DNA of 64,000 nucleotides from a virus, in the IMG/VR virus record IMGVR_UViG_3300027763_000039, positions 1-64,000 of that record. The stretch is one strand, 5' to 3'. Positions within the stretch are counted from its first letter, which is position 1. Every line of letters begins with the position of its first letter. The translations under genes were made by a program, and so were the position numbers. The notes below the pieces were generated by a model. The model did not search any database. It saw only the letters and a program-made list of their open reading frames with translations, and had not been told where the DNA came from. Below, one piece after another: positions 1 through 9,531 of this stretch.

Positions 1-2
1 CC

Positions 3-347
3 CAATCAGTAGCTGTTCCTCAAGCATGGAATGTATTACAGTTAGCAGTAGCAGATATAGTCCAACAAATTCAATTAACTCATCCAGAACTAAAAGGATC
101 TAATAAAAAAGAAATAGCTATGAATGCTGTTTCTAGTTTTTATGATCAGGTTTTTTTAGTAGTAGAATTTCCCTTTCTACCACAGTTCCTACAACCTATT
201 ATACAAAGGTACGTTAAACAACTATTGATGATTTTAGTTGGGGCTTCCATAGACGCTATGGTAACCACCTTTAAGAACACTGGTGTTTTCAACAACCCAA
301 CAGTTGATAAAACAGTCGATAATATCCCTAAAGTTTCAGACAAATGA
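3..347 (+). CDS. Hypothetical protein, 5'-truncated by the window edge (possibly holin-like)
   Basis: The frame of ORF 120..347 stays open back to position 3. The ELKGSNKKEIA segment followed by a hydrophobic stretch is reminiscent of small holin-like proteins; weak. Confidence 0.55.
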   Translation, partial: QSVAVPQAWNVLQLAVADIVQQIQLTHPELKGSNKKEIAMNAVSSFYDQVFLVVEFPFLPQFLQPIIQRYVKQLLMILVGASIDAMVTTFKNTGVFNNPTVDKTVDNIPKVSDK

Positions 348-362
348 GAAAGAGAGATTCCA

Positions 363-752
363 ATGAATTTCACAGAAAGTTTTCAAGAGTTTAGTAGTCG
401 TTTGAGCACAATGGATTTGGCTCTTTATGCTGGTGCTGGTCTTGTACTATGGGTTTTATTTAAGGATAAGTTGAGTCCAGTACAAACATTTTTGGGTGGT
501 TTACTATCTAAGATGAAAAGTTCCACACCATCTTCTGTAGTGCCAATTGTTGTTCCATCAGTTGATGCCGTGATTGTTCCAAAAGTAGTAGCTAATCAAC
601 CAGATGATACTTTCTTTAAGTTAGTAGTGTCATGGAAACAAACCAGAGACTTGGCTGTTCAAAGTGGTTGCGGAGAAGCAGTTAAGGTTGCTGATCAAAT
701 GTTTCCTTTTCTAAGTCCCAATGTTTGCAAAAAAGAGGATAAAGTATCATGA
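363..752 (+). CDS. Hypothetical membrane protein
   Basis: 129-aa ORF with one N-proximal hydrophobic helix (LALYAGAGLVLWVLF); ATGA overlap with the next gene. Confidence 0.75.
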   Translation: MNFTESFQEFSSRLSTMDLALYAGAGLVLWVLFKDKLSPVQTFLGGLLSKMKSSTPSSVVPIVVPSVDAVIVPKVVANQPDDTFFKLVVSWKQTRDLAVQSGCGEAVKVADQMFPFLSPNVCKKEDKVS

Positions 753-1240
753 GTATTGATAAAAAAGTATTGCTAGTACTAGGTGGATTACTAGTCCTGG
801 TAGGTCTACTTAAGCCAGATTTCTCTAATCCTTTCGGCCCCAGACCATCAGTAGTAGATGTTCTAGAACTATCAGAACCAACAGATGAAGCTGTCAAGAA
901 AGAAGCTGATGATGTGGTTGTAATTCTTAAAGAAGCTGGGATCAAGTCAGAAGCTAAAAGACTCAGAGATCTTTATATTGATTTAGCAAAACTAGTTGAG
1001 CTTGATGGTGAAGATGAAGTAATCAAGAGTACTGAAGAAATTCGTCAAGCTAATAGTTTAGCTGGTATTATGCTCAGATTAGATATGAAAGGTAAGTATC
1101 CAAATCTAGCTAAAGAAGCAAAAGAAGTAGTAGTCGCTTCTATTGGTGATGATCAAATTCTTTTATCCAAAGAGCTAAGAGTTAAAGCTGTAGAAGGTCT
1201 CAATGCTTTAGCTTGGGCTTGTAATATGGGGTCAAAATAA
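749..1240 (+). CDS. Hypothetical protein with N-terminal membrane anchor/signal
   Basis: KK followed by VLLVLGGLLVLVGLL, then a helical body; coupled to both neighbours. Confidence 0.75.
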   Translation: MSIDKKVLLVLGGLLVLVGLLKPDFSNPFGPRPSVVDVLELSEPTDEAVKKEADDVVVILKEAGIKSEAKRLRDLYIDLAKLVELDGEDEVIKSTEEIRQANSLAGIMLRLDMKGKYPNLAKEAKEVVVASIGDDQILLSKELRVKAVEGLNALAWACNMGSK

Positions 1241-2166
1241 TGCCAAGACTCTCTCCTAAAGAACTATATGATATGTATCGTGGTGGTTATAGTGGTTGCC
1301 GATTTGAGCAGCATGTCTATGATCATCTGATGGAAACTTCTAAATATCCATTATTCGGTGCTGCTAGTAAAAAAATTAAGAATTCTGGTAAAGGCAAACT
1401 TTCAACACCATATAAGAGTGTGTTGAGATTTGAAAAGAATCCTTATAATGAACGACAAACTGTCGGAGATTGTGTGAGTCATGGAACACGCAATGCTTGT
1501 GATGTTACTAGAGCGGTTGAAATAGATGTAAATCATGAAAGAGAAGATTGGGTAACTAAAGGAGCAACAGAAGCTATCTATGGAGCTAGAGGTTTCTCTG
1601 GTGAGGGTATGAGTTGTGCTAGGGCTGCTGAATTTGTTAGTAAGATTGGTGGCATAGTTCTTAGAAAGAATTATCCCGGAGTTGCAGATTTTAGTAAATA
1701 TAATGGTAATTTAGGTGCTGGCTGGGGAGGTCGAGGACTTCCAGATAAAGTATTAGACTTAGCCAACGATCATCAGATTAAGACTGCTTCATTAATACGA
1801 ACAGTAGAAGAGGCTCGTGATGCTCTATCTAATGGTTATGGAGTAGCAGTATGTTCTAATTATGGTTTTAGTAATACAAGAGATAAAAAGGGATTTGCTA
1901 AACAATCTGGTAGTTGGGGACATTGCATGGCTTGGATAGCGTGTGATGATACTGGCAGTGAGCCAGCCTTTTTAGTCCAAAATAGCTGGGGTAAGTGGAA
2001 CGACGGAGGACATCCCGAATGGGGTCCAATCCCAGATGGCTCATTTTTAATTCATGCTGATGTAGCTGCTGGTATGCTCGCCATGAATGGGTCATATACA
2101 TTTAGCAGTTTTGATGGTTTTCCTCTCCAAAAGCTACCAAGCTACGGATTTGAAGACTATCTCTAA
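1240..2166 (+). CDS. Papain-like cysteine peptidase (C1-like)
   Basis: Catalytic motifs in order: QTVGDCVSH (oxyanion Gln, Cys), WGHCM (His), VQNSWG (Asn). Confidence 0.85.
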   Translation: MPRLSPKELYDMYRGGYSGCRFEQHVYDHLMETSKYPLFGAASKKIKNSGKGKLSTPYKSVLRFEKNPYNERQTVGDCVSHGTRNACDVTRAVEIDVNHEREDWVTKGATEAIYGARGFSGEGMSCARAAEFVSKIGGIVLRKNYPGVADFSKYNGNLGAGWGGRGLPDKVLDLANDHQIKTASLIRTVEEARDALSNGYGVAVCSNYGFSNTRDKKGFAKQSGSWGHCMAWIACDDTGSEPAFLVQNSWGKWNDGGHPEWGPIPDGSFLIHADVAAGMLAMNGSYTFSSFDGFPLQKLPSYGFEDYL

Positions 2167-2204
2167 AATTCGCAAATAGCTATTTTAAACCATCATCTCT
2201 ATTA

Positions 2205-2223
2205 GGTGTATATATTTATATAT
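2205..2223 (+). promoter_or_regulatory. GGTGTA + AT-rich motif, candidate phage-specific promoter
   Basis: GGTGTATATATTTATATAT in an intergenic gap; the same hexamer occurs in the gaps at 16820 and 19120. Confidence 0.4.
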
Positions 2224-2244
2224 CTAAATTCCTAGGAATATTTT

Positions 2245-2466
2245 ATGAACCTAAGAGAAAGATTAGAACTCCGCGCTGTTATTAACATGATCATTGGCGT
2301 TATTGAAACTCTGGTGAATTTATTTACCAAAGCTCAAGAAAAGTTTGGACCAAAACCTAAAGTTAATCCAGACTCTCCAGTTAAACCCAATAGACCACGA
2401 CCCTTAAAAAGAGTTGTAGATACTATTGATAATATTATACCTCTTCCATGGAGAGATAAGAAATGA
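2245..2466 (+). CDS. Hypothetical protein
   Basis: 73 aa, AGGA upstream, Pro/Arg/Lys-rich C-terminal half; overlaps the next start. Confidence 0.65.
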   Translation: MNLRERLELRAVINMIIGVIETLVNLFTKAQEKFGPKPKVNPDSPVKPNRPRPLKRVVDTIDNIIPLPWRDKK

Positions 2467-2822
2467 ATAAATTATTTGTTGGTTTATTTTGCGTTAGTTT
2501 ATTATTTACTCAGTCTCACTACTACGGCTCAACAACGGCTCCAGTAACTCTTGCTGGGGGCATTATTAAAGCCAAGCATGTGCAGGAAGTGTCCCACAAG
2601 TATAAAAGAAAAGACTGTCCAGTTTGCAAGGGAAAAGGCTGGTATATGAGTGGAGATGGTATTCTTAAAATTGATTGCACATACTGTGAAGCAGATAAAG
2701 GAACAATTTCCATAGGTCCTATTAAATCATTTAACCCACAAGCCCCTGCTCCAAAAGCATATTCAGCACCAATAAATTGTCCAGACGGCAACTGCCCTCT
2801 TCCTAAAACACTAAGGAGATAA
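2463..2822 (+). CDS. Secreted/membrane protein with CxxCxGxG zinc-finger-like motif
   Basis: Signal-like N-terminus; CPVCKGKG...CTYC; C-terminal CPDGNCP. Confidence 0.7.
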   Translation: MNKLFVGLFCVSLLFTQSHYYGSTTAPVTLAGGIIKAKHVQEVSHKYKRKDCPVCKGKGWYMSGDGILKIDCTYCEADKGTISIGPIKSFNPQAPAPKAYSAPINCPDGNCPLPKTLRR

Positions 2823-2824
2823 CT

Positions 2825-3223
2825 ATGGCTGATAATGATAAACTTAAAGCTATAGCTATTAAAATTTTAGAGAAATCCAATGTACAGAAAGATGAAGTAT
2901 ATGGTTTTGCTATTGTTACTATTTTAATGATTATTAGTATAGTTCTAACATGCGTGAGAATTTTACAAGAGTGTAATAAAAATAAATTATCAGCTAGTTC
3001 AACAGCTCAAGATAAATACTCTATGTATGGTGAGCAGTTACATACTTTTAGTGAGCGTAGGGGCTGGTTTACAAAAATGAGAATTAAGAAAATTTTACGC
3101 AGAGAAATGAATAGAGAAGATTATGAAAAGTATTCATTGAGCATTTTGAATGCTTTATTAGAAACAGGAGAAGTTCTCACGGATGATGAGATTCAAACCC
3201 TAGTGGAGAATGCCAATGTTTAA
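2825..3223 (+). CDS. Hypothetical membrane protein
   Basis: AAGGAG SD; one TM helix (FAIVTILMIISIVLTCV). Confidence 0.75.
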   Translation: MADNDKLKAIAIKILEKSNVQKDEVYGFAIVTILMIISIVLTCVRILQECNKNKLSASSTAQDKYSMYGEQLHTFSERRGWFTKMRIKKILRREMNREDYEKYSLSILNALLETGEVLTDDEIQTLVENANV

Positions 3224-3467
3224 TATTTTAGTGTGGTGTGTTTATGGTCTATTTGTTGGATCTATTGCCAAAAGCTTAGTTCCTGGTGAAGAAAATTTTG
3301 GTTTTGTTAAAACAGTAGCTCTTGGAGTAGCTGGTTCTTATTTAGGTGGAGCTATAATGTATTTAATGGGACAATATAATAGCTTGAGTCCAGCGGGTAT
3401 ATTTATGGGTGTTGCTGGTGGCACCCTTGCTCTTGTGCTTTATAATAAGGTTAATCAAATTAAGTGA
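3216..3467 (+). CDS. GlsB/YeaQ/YmgE-like (transglycosylase-associated) membrane protein
   Basis: Three Gly-rich TM helices with the pattern GLFVGSIAKSLVPG...TVALGVAGSYLGG...GVAGG; start chosen 7 nt after GGAG. Confidence 0.8.
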   Translation: MFNILVWCVYGLFVGSIAKSLVPGEENFGFVKTVALGVAGSYLGGAIMYLMGQYNSLSPAGIFMGVAGGTLALVLYNKVNQIK

Positions 3468-3502
3468 TTTTGATCTTATTACTTTAAAGTGACTGTGATA
3501 CT

Positions 3503-5062
3503 ATGCTTACACCCAGAGAATTATACAACCAATATACCTCTCAGATATGTAATGATATTCATGGTAAAGGAACGCCATATAACTTGATTAGATTGGTCTA
3601 TTTTCTAAAACATCTAAAAACTCCTTGTTATAGAAAAACTTTAGATCCAGTAGTAGAGAATCCAAATGGAACTAAATCTAAACAAATAGACACCTGGAAC
3701 ACTATCACAAATACTGGCTCAGGAAATCTTGCTGTACCCTTTAAGTTTTTAACCAGAATAGATGCTGAAGCTTTTGAAGAAATTCAACCATCTATGGATA
3801 GCGGAACAGCTTTTGCTGTGCGTAATTCCTGTGATCTTACCAGAGCTTGTAGAATAACAAGCAGTGGTAGTTATAATCTATGGGAATCAAGAATGTCAAC
3901 AGAGTATTTGCAACGTTTTGCTGGCAATTCTCTTCCTGATTGTTTATTGATGTTAGGTCCTGATTTAGTTTCAGAAGAAACTGCCTTGAAAAGAGCCACA
4001 GGTTGCGGAGATTTATCTGGTATTCCTAATACTAAATATAGATCTAAAGACGTAGGAGCAATTGGTGCTCCTCACGGATGTCTCACCGAGAAAGAAACAG
4101 GTAACAAATATTGTGGAAGTTGTGGCATCTGCGATAAAGACCCAGAAGAAGACCCAATAGCATTTGCTAATGATCCTTGTTGTAAATCAGAAAGTTGTGA
4201 AGAAAATATTAATACATGTTGTCATGGCCCATTAACTAATCGTTTTGATTTTACATACATACAGAGATCTGATGATAATTTGTTTGGAGGCACAGTCCAA
4301 ACTGGTTGGGTAGATTCGATATTTAAACACATTGGTATTATTAAAAGAAAAAGTTATGGTGGTTATGCTAACTTTATAGATAGTAGTGGATCCAACTTTT
4401 ATGCTTGTCCTGACAATATATTCCTAAAATATATGCAGGACCAAAATGGATATAACTATACGAAAGACACATCAGCTATTGGAACTATTGATAGAATTAG
4501 AACCATATGTGGACTATTTGGTGATACACAAACCATTGTTAATAATATCAAAGATTTATTATTTAATGGATATGGAGTAGTATTATTTACTAATGTTGGC
4601 TTTCCTGATATTAGAGATTCTACTGGTTTGAGTTATCCAGATCGCAATTGGTATCATACTTATTCTATTATAGGTTATGATGATCGTAAAATTGAATTTA
4701 AAGAATGTGTATTTTTATTAGCTAATAGTTGGGGAGAGTGGAATTCTGGAGGTAATCCTACTTGGGGACCGATTCCGCCAGGAAGTTTTTTGATAACTGA
4801 AAGTCATTTAAAATGTATGCTATACTTTAATAGGGCTCCGGATTTTAAAATGTGTCGTCCAGACGATGCTGATCCTCAAAGTGGTTGTACAGAAGATGAT
4901 GCCTGCGTTCCATTTGAATGCTTTGATAAACAAAGAGCTTTTGGTTTAGCCTTTGCTCTTTCTATGGGAGAAGGATTTCTTCTTCAAAAACTAGATTATG
5001 ATCAATTTACTAAGCCTATTTTACCAGCAAGTGATGGAAAATTACTTTACTTTAATCCATAA
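3503..5062 (+). CDS. Papain-fold paralogue lacking the catalytic Cys, with Cys-rich insertions
   Basis: Colinear with 1240..2166 (RNSCDLTRA vs RNACDVTRA; NGYGVV; ANSWGEWNSGGNPTWGPIPPGSFLI), but QTVGDC is replaced by QPSMDSG. Confidence 0.75.
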   Translation: MLTPRELYNQYTSQICNDIHGKGTPYNLIRLVYFLKHLKTPCYRKTLDPVVENPNGTKSKQIDTWNTITNTGSGNLAVPFKFLTRIDAEAFEEIQPSMDSGTAFAVRNSCDLTRACRITSSGSYNLWESRMSTEYLQRFAGNSLPDCLLMLGPDLVSEETALKRATGCGDLSGIPNTKYRSKDVGAIGAPHGCLTEKETGNKYCGSCGICDKDPEEDPIAFANDPCCKSESCEENINTCCHGPLTNRFDFTYIQRSDDNLFGGTVQTGWVDSIFKHIGIIKRKSYGGYANFIDSSGSNFYACPDNIFLKYMQDQNGYNYTKDTSAIGTIDRIRTICGLFGDTQTIVNNIKDLLFNGYGVVLFTNVGFPDIRDSTGLSYPDRNWYHTYSIIGYDDRKIEFKECVFLLANSWGEWNSGGNPTWGPIPPGSFLITESHLKCMLYFNRAPDFKMCRPDDADPQSGCTEDDACVPFECFDKQRAFGLAFALSMGEGFLLQKLDYDQFTKPILPASDGKLLYFNP

Positions 5063-5068
5063 AATATT

Positions 5069-8000
5069 ATGTCTCAATCAAACTGGTGCAATACTGATAA
5101 TTGGTTTACTGATCAAAAATTTACACAACAAAGTCCCAAGATACCTGTTGACACAATTGATGATGCTGACATACAAGCACATGACTATACTTACTCTATA
5201 ATAGATAGTACGTGTTTTGGTAAAATGCCATTTTTAAAATGCAATAATCTTAATATTGTTGTGGCTACTGGGAATGTTATGGGTGGAGGAGGTTTAACTT
5301 TTTCTTGTGCTAATTTATCAGCTAATAATGTTACTATAGGTCTACAAAATATTACCTGCCAGCATTGGGACAACACAGAGTTTTGTAATTGGGATATCTC
5401 CACACTAAAGACACTTCCTAATCATAAAACAACCTATCTAAATAAATTAGTTTTTAATAATCTTAATTCTGGATCCTTAGATCATACAGTTATTAATCAG
5501 TGCTATATAAAATCTAATACTCTAGAACTAGATCACTGCGATATTGAAGGAACAGACGATATACGAACTTTTATGTCTTGTTCTAGTGGGTCAGTAATTA
5601 ATACTAAAACAAATGCAACAAAAGATAAAGTATTCTGGGAAGGCGATTTTTGGGTTTCTGGAGAAACTATCGAGTCTACTACTATACGGGGTAGTGGAAA
5701 AGGAACATTTGATTTTACTCGATCCATGAATTATGCAGCAATTGATGGAGATACCAAGTTCGGAAATGCTGCTAAAAATTATGGTAAATTATATGGAAAT
5801 CCTATTTTCTCAGGTGGATCTCATAATTTTGGAATAATAGTTGGTGATTGTATTTTTAGTGGAGATAATAGTTGTAATTATGGAACTATTTCTGGAGCTA
5901 GTGTTTTTATTAGTGGAGCTTTAAATAGAGGAACTATTACTAGGTCATCAATTTTTTATTCTGGAACATCTAATTATGGTAACTTGAAAGATTCTTCTTT
6001 GTTTTATTATGCTAATAATCATGGAATATTGAACAATGGTTCTAAATTTATTTGTTCAGATAATAATGGACCAATTACTAGTGGGGATGTAATTTTTATA
6101 AGTGGTACAAATCGTACTACCCTGACTACATCGGGAAATATTAGCTTTAACAGTGGATGTCAAAATTTTGGCAATCTACCCTCCCCTTCTGCACAAGTTA
6201 GTTTTGATTTCTATTCAGTTAATACTCAAGGAACTATTGACAGTAGTGGTTTTGTTACATTTGGTACGGGTTGTGTTAATTTAGCACAAATAAAGAATGG
6301 TTTGTTTAGTAGTACGGCGCAAAATAATGGCACAATTTTAATGAATAGTATTTTTAAAGATTTTGCTTGCAATTATGAAACAATATCAACTGGATTATTT
6401 TATGATTCATCTGTTAATAGTGGAACCATTAATTCTCTAGGAACATTTTATAATTCATCTATTAACGATAAGGGCTCAATTATCAAACAAACAGGAATAT
6501 TTTACGACTTATCTATTAATAGTGGATCTATAGACTATGGATTTTTTCATGATAATAGTATTAATAGCTCAGGATCAGATGTAAAAATTTTAAAGAGTGG
6601 TATGTTTTATAATTCATCAAAAAATTATGGATATGTTGCCAGTGTTTTATTTTATGATAATACTAGTAATAATTCTGGTGCTGTAGTTGGTACAGGAGTA
6701 TTCTTTTCTAATTCTCTTAATGCTAGTGGGGCTATTGTTAGAAAATTAGCTTATTTTAGTGGTAACAGCATTAATTATGGAGATAAATTTTTTGGTGAAA
6801 ATTTTGATTGTACTTTTAGTGAAAATGCTAGTAATAATGGTTATATTGGAAATAATTTAATGGTTGTTTTTTCTGGCTATGCTTCTAATGGAAATTATGT
6901 AAAAAATGCTCAGTTCAGAGATTTTGCACAAAATGACACTATGGGAACCGGATATAATTTAAGTTTTTATAGTGGGTCCTTTAATAAAGGATATATTGAT
7001 CGTAGCGGATCGTTTTATGATCGCTCTATGAATTTAAATGAAGGAGTAATAGTTGATGCTGTTTTTTATAACTTATCCACTAACGGTAGTTCCATGAGAC
7101 GGCCTTTGGTTTCTGGTTATGGATTTTTAACATCTGGAGATCGTAAGTTACTAATAACAGATAAGGCCAAAAATCAAGGCTTATTAGATAATGTTGATGC
7201 GACCTTCACTATTTCTGGTATTAATGAATCACCAATAACATGGAATTTTAATAAATTATTGATTTTTACTTCATCAGGTATATACAACACTGGAACTACC
7301 CCATACTCTTTTGTGCCAACAGGTGCTTTTTTATTAAGTTATAGTGGAGCAAATATTCCTAAACTTAGTTTTAGTGGATATTCAATTAATCAAGCAGATA
7401 TAATTGGATATAAAACTGTTTCTTTCAACGAAAACGCTAAAAATTATGGGTCTATTTCAACATATCCTCCTGTTCCTAAAGATAGTGATTGCGTAAGTTT
7501 TTCTGGCGGATATAATTATGGGCCTATTCAAAATGCCTGTAATTTTTCTTATAGTTCTGTGCATTATGGAACAATATTTTTTGCAAAATTTGATAACAGC
7601 ACTAATTCGGGAACAGTTGCAGATTCTGGATTATTTATTAATTCTGTTAATTATGGTAATGTTAATGTAGGATCTTTTATAAGCGGTATTAATAGTGGAA
7701 CTGTTAACATTGGTATTTTTAACTTTTCTGACAATTATGAGCGTGTCAATATTGCATATTTTCCTGTAAGTGGTACAAACACTGTATCTGGAATTATTTC
7801 AAATTCAGGATCATTTGGTAGTAAATCTGAAAATAAGAGTATAATTACATCTCCAATATTAACTTTCAGCTATGACGCAAAAAATAATGGTAGAGTAATG
7901 GAAGCATATTTTTCTGGAACAGCTATTAATGATAGTTCTGGGAGCATCATAGGAAATGGAGATTTTTTTGGTTCGTCCAGCAATATTGGAAATCAAGTAT

Positions 8001-9010
8001 TTACATTAAATTTTCATGAGCTTTCTACTAATCAGTCTAATTCAACAGGTAATTTTAAGTTTTACGATACATCTAAAAATAGTGGAATTTTAACAGGAAA
8101 AACAATATTTTTAAATAATAGTGAAACCAACGGACAGTGTTTTGGCGATGTTTCATTATATGATTCAACCACAAACAAAGGTTTACTGTCAGGAACCATA
8201 CTCCTACAAGGATCTGGATCCAATCCACCGACTAATCGTGCTTTAATAATAGGAAATGGAAATGTTCTATTGGTATTAGCTGAAAATTTTGGAACCATAA
8301 ATGGTAATAGTCTTTTTACATCAGGTATTAATAAAGGATATATTGAAAAAGGATCATTTTTCTTTGATAGTTCTAATGCTGCTAATGGAACGGTTTCAGG
8401 AGAATGTAAATTCTATAATAGTTCAGTAAATCTAGGAACTGCCTCAACATATGCATTTTTTTATAATAGCGGATATAATTTAGGCACTGTATCTACAGGA
8501 ATATTTAATAATGAATCAAACAATAATGGAACAACAAATATTGGATTATTCTATAATAATGCAAAAAATTCTGCAATAGTAAATTCTGGTGAATTTCACG
8601 ACTCTTCTTACAATGATTTTTCAGGACACGATATTTCAATTGCTTTCTTGTATGATGACTCTGTTAACTATGGATCTATTAATAATGCATATTTTGAAAA
8701 TAATTCAATTAATACTGGAACAGTATCATTAGGAACTTTTAATAATGGAGCAAAAAACATTGGAACAATAGAAGGAAATGGTATTTTTAACAATAGCACC
8801 AATAGAGGATCCATTAAAGGCTACGCAACATTTAACAGCTCAAACTGTACAGCAGGCACTATTGATAACGATGCCCTGTTTACAAATAGTAGTTTTTGTT
8901 CTAATACTACAATTAATGGATCAGCTACTTTTAATAGTGGATCATGTTATGATAAAAATACGACTACTATAAGAGGAAATATCACAAAGCCAGAAAATTG
9001 TAATCCATAG
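5069..9010 (+). CDS. Large Asn/Gly/Ser-rich repeat protein, predicted beta-solenoid (fibre/adhesin-like)
   Basis: Dozens of imperfect ~16-19-aa repeats of the type F-x-D/N-x-S-x-N-x-G-x-I/V. Confidence 0.75.
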   Translation: MSQSNWCNTDNWFTDQKFTQQSPKIPVDTIDDADIQAHDYTYSIIDSTCFGKMPFLKCNNLNIVVATGNVMGGGGLTFSCANLSANNVTIGLQNITCQHWDNTEFCNWDISTLKTLPNHKTTYLNKLVFNNLNSGSLDHTVINQCYIKSNTLELDHCDIEGTDDIRTFMSCSSGSVINTKTNATKDKVFWEGDFWVSGETIESTTIRGSGKGTFDFTRSMNYAAIDGDTKFGNAAKNYGKLYGNPIFSGGSHNFGIIVGDCIFSGDNSCNYGTISGASVFISGALNRGTITRSSIFYSGTSNYGNLKDSSLFYYANNHGILNNGSKFICSDNNGPITSGDVIFISGTNRTTLTTSGNISFNSGCQNFGNLPSPSAQVSFDFYSVNTQGTIDSSGFVTFGTGCVNLAQIKNGLFSSTAQNNGTILMNSIFKDFACNYETISTGLFYDSSVNSGTINSLGTFYNSSINDKGSIIKQTGIFYDLSINSGSIDYGFFHDNSINSSGSDVKILKSGMFYNSSKNYGYVASVLFYDNTSNNSGAVVGTGVFFSNSLNASGAIVRKLAYFSGNSINYGDKFFGENFDCTFSENASNNGYIGNNLMVVFSGYASNGNYVKNAQFRDFAQNDTMGTGYNLSFYSGSFNKGYIDRSGSFYDRSMNLNEGVIVDAVFYNLSTNGSSMRRPLVSGYGFLTSGDRKLLITDKAKNQGLLDNVDATFTISGINESPITWNFNKLLIFTSSGIYNTGTTPYSFVPTGAFLLSYSGANIPKLSFSGYSINQADIIGYKTVSFNENAKNYGSISTYPPVPKDSDCVSFSGGYNYGPIQNACNFSYSSVHYGTIFFAKFDNSTNSGTVADSGLFINSVNYGNVNVGSFISGINSGTVNIGIFNFSDNYERVNIAYFPVSGTNTVSGIISNSGSFGSKSENKSIITSPILTFSYDAKNNGRVMEAYFSGTAINDSSGSIIGNGDFFGSSSNIGNQVFTLNFHELSTNQSNSTGNFKFYDTSKNSGILTGKTIFLNNSETNGQCFGDVSLYDSTTNKGLLSGTILLQGSGSNPPTNRALIIGNGNVLLVLAENFGTINGNSLFTSGINKGYIEKGSFFFDSSNAANGTVSGECKFYNSSVNLGTASTYAFFYNSGYNLGTVSTGIFNNESNNNGTTNIGLFYNNAKNSAIVNSGEFHDSSYNDFSGHDISIAFLYDDSVNYGSINNAYFENNSINTGTVSLGTFNNGAKNIGTIEGNGIFNNSTNRGSIKGYATFNSSNCTAGTIDNDALFTNSSFCSNTTINGSATFNSGSCYDKNTTTIRGNITKPENCNP

Positions 9011-9030
9011 TTTCTTTAAAAATCATGAAC

Positions 9031-9058
9031 TTGTTCGTGATGCCCCAGCACCTATAAT
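9031..9058 (+). promoter_or_regulatory. Sigma70-type promoter, probably leaderless transcript
   Basis: TTGTTC-16 nt-TATAAT; -10 box ends 5 nt before the ATG at 9064; no SD. Confidence 0.5.
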
Positions 9059-9063
9059 GTTTT

Positions 9064-9531
9064 ATGAGACCAAACTGGCAAGAATATTTCATAGGGCTGG
9101 CACATGCTGTTGCTGCTCGTAGTCACGACATTCAAACTCAGCATGGCTGTATTATTACTGACCATAATAACAGGATTTTAGGATTAGGATATAATGGTTT
9201 TCCAAAAGGACTTGATGATACAAAACTCCCTAATACTAGACCAGAAAAATATCCTTGGATGATACATGCAGAACGTAATGCTTTATCAAATTGCACCATT
9301 AGACCAGATAATGGAATAGCTTATGTAACTGGCCAATGTTGTAATGATTGCATAATGGCACTTTGGCAAGAAGGAATTACTAAAGTTTATATGAGAAAAA
9401 ATCATGGAACACATTTATTTGATCAGGAACAACAAAAAAGATTTGAGTTATTCATAGGAATGAGTGGCCTTAGTGTAGAATATATAAACCCCGATTTATC
9501 CTGGCTAGAAAGATTGGTCAATAATGCTTAA
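9064..9531 (+). CDS. dCMP deaminase
   Basis: GYNG, IHAERNAL and CxxC (CCNDC) zinc deaminase motifs. Confidence 0.92.
   Translation: MRPNWQEYFIGLAHAVAARSHDIQTQHGCIITDHNNRILGLGYNGFPKGLDDTKLPNTRPEKYPWMIHAERNALSNCTIRPDNGIAYVTGQCCNDCIMALWQEGITKVYMRKNHGTHLFDQEQQKRFELFIGMSGLSVEYINPDLSWLERLVNNA

Noticed and set aside
5700-8990. DNA repeat array or diversity-generating retroelement target in the solenoid gene
   Set aside because: The repeats are degenerate and protein-level only; no reverse transcriptase or template/variable repeat pair was seen.
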